Virus record (IMG/VR): IMGVR_UViG_3300037506_000026
Span: 1-44,263 of that record
Source: a virus
DNA length: 44,263 nt
Strand: one strand, 5' to 3'
The notes beneath the pieces are model-generated. The model saw only the letters and a program-made list of their open reading frames with translations, ran no database searches and was not told the DNA's origin. Shown here piece by piece: positions 31,574 to 38,557 of this stretch; within the stretch, counting starts at the first letter, position 1, and every line of letters begins with the position of its first letter. A program made the position numbers and the translations under genes.

Positions 31574-32290
31574 TTATCTGCCTCCTACGGCGAGCGTTTT
31601 TTCGGACTTCACGCGCAGACCGAATTTCTCCCATTGAGGCGAGACGGATTCTTTTAAGCTCCGTGCGAGCGAGTTCAGCACGGAGATGTTTGCGCTTATG
31701 TATTCAGCCGGAGCCAGTCCTTCCGCTACGGCTTTGCAGAGCAGTTTTATGTCCACCACTTCGGCGGAGTAAATCGTGCGGTATTGGATACCGTCGTGCT
31801 TCGTTGTTTTGGGGAGGACGACTTCGTGCGCCACGATCGGTTCTTCGATGAGGGCGTTGGCTTCCTCGGCCTTGCCGGACTTCTCCATCTCGGCGGCGAG
31901 TTCGAGCCGGCGGGCTTCCTCTTGCTGACGCAGTTCGCGGTTGGCGCGCTCTTGCTCGATGCGTCGCTTTTCTTCCTGGGCGCGTTCCCATTTCAGGATC
32001 GCCGGTTGCAGGATTTCCACGCGGGCTTTTTTCAGTGGCGCGCCGAGATCGTTCTTGAGGTCGTTGAGTTGTTTGTGGAGTTGGTGAGCGGTTTTGATGG
32101 AGGGGGCGATTTTTGATTCCCAGGCTTTCAGCATTTCGTCGACCTGGATCAGCGTGTCGCAGGCCATTTTGTATTGGCTCTCCGTGAATATCCCTTTGGA
32201 TATTTCGAGGGCCTGCGCGGCCATGTTATTGTGGACTCTTAAGTCGTCGTCGTATTGTGTTGTGTTGATCTGCAGTTGCATCGTCTCCAT
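31574..32290 (-). CDS. Coiled-coil protein of the recombination module (238 aa)
   Basis: ATG at 32290 follows AAACCTGGAGGAAAC. Central part is charged helix: WERAQEEKRRIEQERANRELRQQEEARRLE. Confidence 0.5.
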   Translation of the reverse strand: METMQLQINTTQYDDDLRVHNNMAAQALEISKGIFTESQYKMACDTLIQVDEMLKAWESKIAPSIKTAHQLHKQLNDLKNDLGAPLKKARVEILQPAILKWERAQEEKRRIEQERANRELRQQEEARRLELAAEMEKSGKAEEANALIEEPIVAHEVVLPKTTKHDGIQYRTIYSAEVVDIKLLCKAVAEGLAPAEYISANISVLNSLARSLKESVSPQWEKFGLRVKSEKTLAVGGR

Positions 32291-32303
32291 GTTTCCTCCA
32301 GGT

Positions 32304-32867
32304 TTATTTATTTTTCCAGTTGGCGATGGTGACTGCCGCACGGAAAACAAGATAATCATCCACGTCTGTAAAAGGGGCCACGTTCGGTTTTCCGACGGCT
32401 GGCACCTTGAGTCCGAACCGGCGGCGTTGCTTACCGCCCATGAGCATGTCCTGCCCCGCCGTTTGCACGCCGGTCCACTTCGACACATTACCGCTTTTTA
32501 GTTCAACAATCCCCTCGGCTCCGTCCGGGAATTCACCAAGAACGTCCAGCATGCCGGCGACGCGCATGTTGAAGTTGTAGATCGCCTTCTCTGTTTCGCG
32601 GGGAATGAATCCGGTGTGTTTCACGAATTCATCCCAGGCCAGCACGCGCGGGACGAGGGCGGGGTCGAGTGTGTTGTAGTTGAGCGTGCCGTTTATGTGA
32701 AGCTCAATCGCTCGGTGTGTGGCGGTTCCCACCCACAGATCGTAATCCGACCCGTGGACGTTTTCGATCACGCCGGCTGACTTCATGCAGTCGGTTATCG
32801 AGAGAACCTTCCTTCCGTCGACGTGGTATTCGTGCTTCTCGCGGTCAACGACTAGGCCGGTTGTCAT
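32304..32867 (-). CDS. PD-(D/E)XK exonuclease (RecB/Cas4-like, no Fe-S cluster)
   Basis: 187 aa. GTATHRAIE ... AGMLDVLG ... GIVELKSG gives the D...ExK arrangement. Confidence 0.6.
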   Translation of the reverse strand: MTTGLVVDREKHEYHVDGRKVLSITDCMKSAGVIENVHGSDYDLWVGTATHRAIELHINGTLNYNTLDPALVPRVLAWDEFVKHTGFIPRETEKAIYNFNMRVAGMLDVLGEFPDGAEGIVELKSGNVSKWTGVQTAGQDMLMGGKQRRRFGLKVPAVGKPNVAPFTDVDDYLVFRAAVTIANWKNK

Positions 32868-33730
32868 TTCTTTTCTTCGGGCATGGCCGGGCCGGTTTTC
32901 TCTGCGCCGGCGCGGTTGAACATTTCTTCGATGCGGACGTGGCCCTCCGAGAGCGAGTTGAAAATGCCTTGCAGATGGACGAGTAGTTGTCCGTCGTCCT
33001 CGAACGCTTCGGCGTTCTCGGCGATGTAGGTTTTCATTTCCTCCGGCGTCACGCCAAACTTTTTCATGATCGCTTGCTGGCCGATGAGGATGCGTTGCTG
33101 GATCGACTGTGTGGCGGCGAGTGTGTTCTTCGGCGGGTTGATCACGAGTTCCTTGGCGCGGTTGTAGTAAACGTGGACGAGCCAGTCGGGGAGCGAGGCG
33201 AGGATGGCGTTGCGAACGGCTTTTGATTTTCCGGCTTGGATGTGGGTTTGAAGAAGATCGCTGTTCTTTGGGATGACGCCTTGGCCGCCACTCGGTTTAT
33301 AAAACTTCGGCACGCGCCAGGTGCGCATCGTGTAGGTTCCCATCTGCACGTCAAAAAACATTCCGTTGATGTAGACCGCGCTCTTGTCCTCGCCGGCTTG
33401 GCACTCGCCGTTCAACGCCCATTGCCAGTTGCGGCAGAGGGTCATCGCCGCTTTGATGCCTGGGCCTTCGACGCGAGTTTCGTTTTTCTTGCCCTGATTG
33501 TACGGGATCGAGTAGTAGCTCCGGGCCGCGAGGTCGGGGACGATGCCGAGTTCAAAGAGGGCGACGTCACGGACTTTTTCTAGGTCGCGCGGGAAGCGGC
33601 GGGCCTGCACCATCATCGTTTCTAAAACGCCAGGGGTGATTCCAAAGACTTCGGTGATGACGGGATCGTTGACGGCAATCGGTTGTGTGGCGGGCGAGAA
33701 GGCGGGCGCGTCCTGTAATTCGTTGCTCAT
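32864..33730 (-). CDS. Putative single-strand annealing / recombination protein
   Basis: 288 aa. Called mainly from its position immediately upstream of, and overlapping, the PD-(D/E)XK exonuclease gene. I could not verify a family motif. Confidence 0.35.
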   Translation of the reverse strand: MSNELQDAPAFSPATQPIAVNDPVITEVFGITPGVLETMMVQARRFPRDLEKVRDVALFELGIVPDLAARSYYSIPYNQGKKNETRVEGPGIKAAMTLCRNWQWALNGECQAGEDKSAVYINGMFFDVQMGTYTMRTWRVPKFYKPSGGQGVIPKNSDLLQTHIQAGKSKAVRNAILASLPDWLVHVYYNRAKELVINPPKNTLAATQSIQQRILIGQQAIMKKFGVTPEEMKTYIAENAEAFEDDGQLLVHLQGIFNSLSEGHVRIEEMFNRAGAEKTGPAMPEEKK

Positions 33731-33766
33731 GAGAACCTCCAGGTTTTATTTTTACAGCGCATGATC

Positions 33767-34249
33767 TTAGTAAGTTGCCGGCTCTTTGCCCAGTATTAAA
33801 TCGGCGAAATCGAGTTCGAGAAGCCCGTGCCGCTTTGATTCCTGGTACCGCTCTCCGTTCCAGCGCGCGTTGCCGCGCCCGGCGAAAGCGTTTCCGTTCA
33901 CGCACACGCACGCGAGCGCGAACTGGTATTTGTCTTTGTTGCGCATTGTGACGATCCCGCGTCCGTCGCACTTCTCGCATTGCGTTTTCACTTCTTCCTC
34001 GTAGGTCATCTTGTCTTTGATGGCGTCGAGGAGGTTGGCGAATTTGATCGACTTCAAATCCTCCGCCTGTAGAGACTTGATCCCAGCGAGGATGGCCTGC
34101 GCCGGGTATCCGGTCTGTCCGAGTTCGTCGAGCAGGATCACTTTTTTTTCTTTTGACATGGGTCGGTCTTGAAGCACGAACAGTTTTTCGAGTTCGTTGC
34201 CGATGCGTATCTTGTCGTTATCGTCGAGCGGCGTTGTTAGTTCGTTCAC
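33767..34249 (-). CDS. Replication-module protein with a Cys cluster (160 aa), GTG start
   Basis: GTG lies 6 nt after AAAAAACTGGAGG. Contains CEKCDGRG...CVCVNG. Confidence 0.5.
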   Translation of the reverse strand: MNELTTPLDDNDKIRIGNELEKLFVLQDRPMSKEKKVILLDELGQTGYPAQAILAGIKSLQAEDLKSIKFANLLDAIKDKMTYEEEVKTQCEKCDGRGIVTMRNKDKYQFALACVCVNGNAFAGRGNARWNGERYQESKRHGLLELDFADLILGKEPATY

Positions 34250-35063
34250 GTTCTTCCTCCAGTTTTTTTAATTCCTTCAGCAAATCGTCGTCCGCTTTGG
34301 CCTTCGGGTCGATTTTCTCTTTGAAAATTAACCGGTTCCATTTCGCGTCGAGCGTCTCGATGGTAAATTCGGCCCAGCCTTCCTCTTTCGTGAACCACTT
34401 GTCCCGGTTCTCGCACGCCTCGCCGAGCATTTGCGCTTTCCTCACGGTCACGGCCAGCCCGTGCGAGTCGATCATCCGCTTGGCGATCCGCAGGATTGCT
34501 GGGGTGGCGTTGAATGGTTCGCCGGTGCGGCTGGCATACACTGCACCAAATTGGCGGACGAAGTCTACGTGGATTCCAAACTCTTGCGGCGGGGCTTGGC
34601 GAGTGAGCGGCGCGGCGCGCTGGGGTACGATGCTGGGGGGTTTGAAATCGGTTGGGCTGATCGTGCCTATATTACGCGTACACGCGCGCTCTGCCTCTGT
34701 CTCTGCCTCTGTCTCTCCCTCTTTCTCTGTCTCTCTCTCTTCTCTTCTCTTCTCTGGAGTATCAAGTTGATGTCGTGATGATATCGCTCTGATATCAAGT
34801 TGTTCCAGCCAGTGAGACAGCGTGATGATTTGGGTGGCGATTTCTTTAGCGGGGAGGCGTAGGCGGAAGGAAAGTGTTTCGATGTCCGGGACGTCTCCGT
34901 TGTTTTCGCTGGCGATGAGCCAAAGGTTGATGAGCAATCCCTTTGCGTCTCCACGAAGCTTGAACCATTCGACGTCGTCGAGTAGGTCGCGGTACAGTTT
35001 AATCCACGGGGGGCGACGATCTTTAAAGTGTTGGAACCGACTCCAGTTTTTGATGCGAACCAT
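34218..35063 (-). CDS. Putative replication initiation / organiser protein (DUF1376/YdaU-like N-terminus)
   Basis: ATG at 35063 lies 5 nt after GGAGG. N-terminus IKNWSRFQHFKDRRPPWIKLYRDLLDDVEWFKL. Internal acidic linker EKRREERETEKEGETEAETEAE. Confidence 0.55.
   Translation of the reverse strand: MVRIKNWSRFQHFKDRRPPWIKLYRDLLDDVEWFKLRGDAKGLLINLWLIASENNGDVPDIETLSFRLRLPAKEIATQIITLSHWLEQLDIRAISSRHQLDTPEKRREERETEKEGETEAETEAERACTRNIGTISPTDFKPPSIVPQRAAPLTRQAPPQEFGIHVDFVRQFGAVYASRTGEPFNATPAILRIAKRMIDSHGLAVTVRKAQMLGEACENRDKWFTKEEGWAEFTIETLDAKWNRLIFKEKIDPKAKADDDLLKELKKLEEERERTNNAARR
34689..34802. repeat. Polypyrimidine/polypurine tract with a tandem 12-mer, plus two direct TATCAAGTTG repeats; candidate origin inside the replication gene
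   Basis: On the plus strand, 34689..34755 contains no A and only 5 G. ctctgcctctgt is duplicated in tandem (34689..34712). TATCAAGTTG occurs at 34760..34769 and 34793..34802. GATATC occurs at 34780..34785 and 34791..34796. Confidence 0.5.
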
Positions 35064-35123
35064 TTTCACCTCCAGGTTGTGTAGGGCCCAAACTTACGAC
35101 AATCTTTGCGAGATGGGAACCGG

Positions 35124-35163
35124 AAAACAAAAACCCCCCGGCTCTCCGACGAGAACCGAGGGG
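35124..35163 (-). terminator. Rho-independent terminator
   Basis: Minus-strand RNA CCCCUCGGUUCUC-GUCG-GAGAGCCGGGGGG forms a 13-bp stem and is followed by UUUUUGUUUU. Confidence 0.8.
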
Positions 35164-35188
35164 TCTGATTAAAAGTTGGGTGGCGCGA

Positions 35189-35198
35189 AACCTGGAGG
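35189..35198 (-). promoter_or_regulatory. Anti-Shine-Dalgarno element, perfectly complementary to the SD region of the replication gene (35069..35078)
   Basis: The minus-strand RNA carries CCUCCAGGUU at 35198..35189 and AACCUGGAGG at 35078..35069. This 10-nt perfect inverted repeat brackets the terminator. Confidence 0.4.
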
Positions 35199-35233
35199 AG
35201 ACGCGGCACACCCGCCAAATCGTTCCCGTGAAC

Positions 35234-35545
35234 CTACAAGAATTTTTGCACGTCGTCAATGCTTCGAGCGACGAACGCGATCCCGTTGTTCACGATGACG
35301 TTGTTGATGAACTCTGTTTGTTCCGGCGTCGGGTTCTTGCCCGGTACCTTCACTTCGATCGAGAAGAATCTTCCATCCTTCGTGAGGCCGAGAATGTCTC
35401 CCGACCCTTTTTTGCCGAAGGTGTAGTAGTGATCCCGCTTGTCGATGAACCCGCCCGTGTTATTCCGCCACGCGAAAAGTCCGCGAAACTTAAGGTAATC
35501 CAGGATCGCTTTCTGGATTTCTTTTTCAGTTGGCTTGAGGCGCAT
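35234..35545 (-). CDS. VRR-NUC domain nuclease
   Basis: 103 aa. IQKAILDYLKFRGLFAWRNNTGG...KGSGDILGLTKDGRFFSIEVKVPG...PEQTEFI. Confidence 0.75.
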   Translation of the reverse strand: MRLKPTEKEIQKAILDYLKFRGLFAWRNNTGGFIDKRDHYYTFGKKGSGDILGLTKDGRFFSIEVKVPGKNPTPEQTEFINNVIVNNGIAFVARSIDDVQKFL

Positions 35546-35565
35546 TCATCCATTTTAGCACGTTC

Positions 35566-36009
35566 TTACTTCGGTTCCTCTTTGGTTACGTTGCGCGCGC
35601 CGAGATTCTGTCCGAAGCTCAGGGCCGCTCCAACGAGCGCGGTCATGGTCGGCATCCACACGGGGTCGATGCCACCGGTGTTGAGGGCCACCAACATTTT
35701 CTGCGCTTCCGTTAAACCGGACATCCAGAATTCCGTGGTGCGAAGTGTTCCCTTGATCTCCGGGCCTTCCGCTTTATCGAGTCCGCGCAGGACGTTGTAG
35801 AGAGCTTGCATGACCGAGGTGACGATGAGTTGAGTTTGAGGCGGTATCACGCCCGCAAGCGCGCCGGCGGTTGTGCCGAGCGTGCCGATGAGTGTGACCG
35901 CAAACGAGAACCACTTCTTTGTTTTCTTGGCTTGCTGGGCGGCTTCGATGACCTCGCCGACCGGCTTGCGTACTTTTACGAGCAGTTTGAGTTTTTCAAT
36001 AAGTCCCAT
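35566..36009 (-). CDS. Multi-pass membrane protein (147 aa), holin-like candidate
   Basis: Hydrophobic segments WFSFAVTLIGTLGTTAGALAGVI, LIVTSVMQALYNVL and VWMPTMTALVGAALSFG. Located in the lysis region. Confidence 0.55.
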   Translation of the reverse strand: MGLIEKLKLLVKVRKPVGEVIEAAQQAKKTKKWFSFAVTLIGTLGTTAGALAGVIPPQTQLIVTSVMQALYNVLRGLDKAEGPEIKGTLRTTEFWMSGLTEAQKMLVALNTGGIDPVWMPTMTALVGAALSFGQNLGARNVTKEEPK

Positions 36010-36021
36010 GTTTGAATCCTC

Positions 36022-36582
36022 CTATTTGAAATTGCGCCCTAATATCAGGGCGATCCACCAGAAGATGCGATCGGCGTCTCTCTTGGCTCCGATGTATCCC
36101 ATCCAGAGTTGGCCGTCACGATCTTCTTTTGTTCCGTCCGGGATCGGTTGAGCCCCGGTGTTGTATTTGTGAAACGAGAAAAACAGCGGCCACTGGATGG
36201 CCCAGTGCCATGCACTCCAGTATTGAATCCGGGAGAGGTAATAACCAGGATTGGCTTTTATGAATTCGTCCGGCTCCATACCACTGGCCACGTCCGGTTT
36301 CCCGTCGGCCTCGTATCGCCACGATCCGACGCCCTTGCGCGCGATGAGGACGATCGGCGTTTCGCGCCATTTGCGCATGAGGATGAACGGCGGCCACATC
36401 GAGAACGCAATTCCTTTTGGCGAGCGCGGGCCGAAGGCGTCCCAGTGTTTTGTGGCTTTGTTCCACCGCTTCCAGAGGTTGCCGAAAAATCCTTTGTACT
36501 GACTGTCGTCTGGAAACGCCGCCTCGACTTCCTCTTTGGTGTTGAGGTGTTCCGGGAAGGCCGATCTGTCACCGATGCCCAT
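36022..36582 (-). CDS. Trp-rich hypothetical protein (186 aa), possibly membrane-associated
   Basis: ATG at 36582 follows AAAGGAGGAAACAGA and overlaps the cyclase stop by 14 nt. 17 Trp, with hydrophobic patches IAFSMWPPFILM, WHWAIQWPLFFSF and IFWWIALILG. Confidence 0.55.
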   Translation of the reverse strand: MGIGDRSAFPEHLNTKEEVEAAFPDDSQYKGFFGNLWKRWNKATKHWDAFGPRSPKGIAFSMWPPFILMRKWRETPIVLIARKGVGSWRYEADGKPDVASGMEPDEFIKANPGYYLSRIQYWSAWHWAIQWPLFFSFHKYNTGAQPIPDGTKEDRDGQLWMGYIGAKRDADRIFWWIALILGRNFK

Positions 36583-37206
36583 TCTGTTTCCTCCTTTCTT
36601 CACAGCAGTTATACGACCACAGCGCGTGCAAGTCCTCTTGCTCGACGCCATCGAGCGCGGTGCGGTGCGGGTTCACTTTCTTAAATTCGACGTGATCTTT
36701 TTGACCGATGATGTCCTTTACGCTCTCATGGCAGATGAGCGGAACGTCCGGGCAGACGCGCAGGAGCCGGGCCGCGAGGTTCATCGCGTATCCGACAAAA
36801 TCTGTTTCACCGTCGAGCGTTTTGATTTTGAAAACTTGGCCGGCGGCGATGCGTACACGAAAACCGTCGGGCTTAGGAAAACTGGGGATCGCTGAGATGA
36901 TCTGATTAACTTCTTCGGCAAGGGCGTGAAGCTCGCAGAGAAATTTGACGGCAGTGTGGCAGTTGTGACCTTGTACCAGCGTGGTGATCGCGAGGAATCC
37001 GTCTCCCAGGTATTTGACGAAATGCTCTGAGGCGAACCGGTAACGGGCAAATACGGCGTAGATGTCTTTGACGAATTTCTCGAACGTCTCCGGGTCGCGC
37101 GATGCGATTTTCGCATACGATCCGAAGCGTGTGACGTCCGCAAATGCGCAGATGACCCTCGCTTTCTCGATGCGGAGTTTGCGCTTTTTTTTGATTGCTT
37201 GTTCAT
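36569..37206 (-). CDS. Class III nucleotidyl (adenylyl/guanylyl/Pycsar-type) cyclase homology domain protein. Needs a -1 shift at the A8 run, or a CTG start at 37213.
   Basis: The frame of the 71-aa ORF is open up to 37236. It reads ...VICAFADVTRFGS...KYLGDGFLAI...FRVRIAAGQVF...DFVGYAMNLAARLL..., which are the four hallmark CHD blocks. The ATG at 37206 is in the neighbouring frame. Confidence 0.7.
37185..37192 (-). promoter_or_regulatory. A8 homopolymer / A_AAA_AAA slippery heptamer joining the ATG frame to the cyclase frame
   Basis: Minus strand reads ATG AAC AAG CAA TCA AAA AAA AGC. A -1 slip or one extra A gives ...TCA AAA AAA AAG CGC AAA CTC = MNKQSKKKRKLRIEKARVICAFADV. Confidence 0.6.
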
Positions 37207-37226
37207 GTGTCAGATCGCTTCTCCAG

Positions 37227-37673
37227 TTAGGGTTTCATCATTCCGTTGGCGGTGAAGAGCATCTTCGCAATCCAAAACAACGCACCAACAAAAACCACGC
37301 CGATGCTCCCCTTGTACAGGGTATCGAGGCGGTTATCGAATCCGTTCAAGCGTTTCTCCAGCGCGTCATCTTCTTTTTTGTCGGACTCTTTTTTGTTGCG
37401 CATCTCTGCTTTCACTTCGCCGAATGACACCATGAGTTCGTCGACTTTCTTCGATGTTTCTGTGAGCGTTTTTGAAACGCCGAATTCAAATCGTTCCTTA
37501 AGCTGGCCCTGTTGATTGAGCATCAGCTCCATTTTGTTTTCGAGCTTGAGTTGTTCTTTTAAGAACGACTCCATCCGATCCTTGACCTCGTTAATTTCCC
37601 GGCGACGATCGGAGTCCAGTTGGAACACCACGTTCTCTGTGACGGCGGATGGCTGTTTAATTTCTTCGCTCAT
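37227..37673 (-). CDS. Coiled-coil protein with a C-terminal transmembrane anchor (148 aa), lysis-region accessory
   Basis: Long charged helix, then SIGVVFVGALFWIAKMLF at the C-terminus. Overlaps the endolysin stop by 4 nt. Confidence 0.55.
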   Translation of the reverse strand: MSEEIKQPSAVTENVVFQLDSDRRREINEVKDRMESFLKEQLKLENKMELMLNQQGQLKERFEFGVSKTLTETSKKVDELMVSFGEVKAEMRNKKESDKKEDDALEKRLNGFDNRLDTLYKGSIGVVFVGALFWIAKMLFTANGMMKP

Positions 37674-38158
37674 ACACCGATCCTCTTGGCGAGACTCAGC
37701 ACCCGGAACGACCAGTTGATGGCGAACACGAGCAGGTTCGGCTTGGCCGCCATGAGCCGAGCGTATGCCGCGAGCCGTTCGGCCAGAGCCAGACGCATCG
37801 CACGTGGTTGCGCCGCGTGGGCCGCCGCAAGGGTCTTTGGCCCGATGATGCCGTCATCTTTAACTTTCAGAGCGCGTTGCATGATACAGATCGCCGTCTG
37901 CGTCCCTTGGTTCACGGCGCAGTCGAAAAGCGAGATCGCAAACTCGCGCGGGAGTTCGTCGCACTTGCAAGGTGCCCAGTAGTCGCGCTTATAAATATCC
38001 ATCGCCTCCGCCACCGTCAGGTTGCGGATGTCCAGGTTCGGGTACGCTTTTTTGCTGATCCCGAATTTGGTCACGCCACCTGGATCGTTCGGGTCGTCGG
38101 TCAGCCCGCCCTCTTGCTCAAGTACAAATGCGATCGCGTCATCCCAGTCAGTTCTCAT
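37670..38158 (-). CDS. Endolysin: glycoside hydrolase family 108 plus a peptidoglycan-binding (PG_binding_3) domain
   Basis: From the ATG at 38158: DDAIAFVLEQEGGLTDDPNDPGGVTKFGISKKAYP (the GH108 EGG...DPGG.T..GI signature), then LKVKDDGIIGPKTL. Confidence 0.8.
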   Translation of the reverse strand: MRTDWDDAIAFVLEQEGGLTDDPNDPGGVTKFGISKKAYPNLDIRNLTVAEAMDIYKRDYWAPCKCDELPREFAISLFDCAVNQGTQTAICIMQRALKVKDDGIIGPKTLAAAHAAQPRAMRLALAERLAAYARLMAAKPNLLVFAINWSFRVLSLAKRIGV

Positions 38159-38549
38159 GGCCGTTGTTCTCCTTGTTCTCAAGAGATGGGAGAGGAACGG
38201 CCTCGATCATCTCGCGTTGTGTGTCGGCCAAGTCTTGAATAGCGTGAGCCGCTTTCGCCATCGCTCCGGCAAATCCCTTCATATTCTCGTTTGTTTCGTT
38301 GCGGAACTCTTGAGTAGTCGCGGTCATGTGACGCGTCATCTGAGAGGATTCCAAAACGACAACCGGAACCCACGCCATCGCACAATCGTAATGGTCGATC
38401 ACTTTTTCCGATTGCGGATCTTTCCCGGCGACGTGCGTCCACCACCGGCACGGTTTTGTCGAGCTATCGAAATCGCTTCGGATTCCCTCTTTGCAAAGTT
38501 TCCCATTCAAGGGACAGGTCATCTCAGTACGTGTTGATTCTGGTTGCAT
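38148..38549 (-). CDS. Hypothetical protein (133 aa) upstream of the endolysin
   Basis: ATG at 38549 follows TAGGAGGCTCC. Cys pairs and one short hydrophobic segment, CAMAWVPVVVL. Confidence 0.5.
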   Translation of the reverse strand: MQPESTRTEMTCPLNGKLCKEGIRSDFDSSTKPCRWWTHVAGKDPQSEKVIDHYDCAMAWVPVVVLESSQMTRHMTATTQEFRNETNENMKGFAGAMAKAAHAIQDLADTQREMIEAVPLPSLENKENNGHEN

Positions 38550-38557
38550 GGAGCCTC

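Noticed and set aside
34689-34755. The CT-rich repetitive tract as a CRISPR array or non-coding microsatellite.
   Set aside because: There is no repeat-spacer periodicity. The tract is in frame within the replication gene and encodes an acidic Glu/Thr/Lys/Arg linker.
35189-35198. AACCTGGAGG on the plus strand as the RBS of a plus-strand gene (ORF 35180..35800).
   Set aside because: No ATG, GTG or TTG lies within 4-12 nt downstream. The 206-aa plus ORF is antisense to the well-supported VRR-NUC and membrane protein genes.
20896-35233. A lysogeny module (integrase, CI/Cro switch, attP) or a reverse transcriptase/DGR for fibre diversification.
   Set aside because: No ORF shows integrase (R..H..R..Y), serine recombinase or RT (YxDD) motifs. 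The only HTH or RHH proteins are very small, at 71 and 83 aa. Lifestyle cannot be decided from this sequence alone.
36781-37206. The 141-aa ORF MNKQSKKSANSASRKRGSS... as a genuine protein.
   Set aside because: Its composition (Ser/Arg/Thr/Pro-rich, no hydrophobic core) is what an out-of-frame reading gives. The overlapping frame encodes a complete cyclase homology domain. Only its first ~7 codons are likely to be used.
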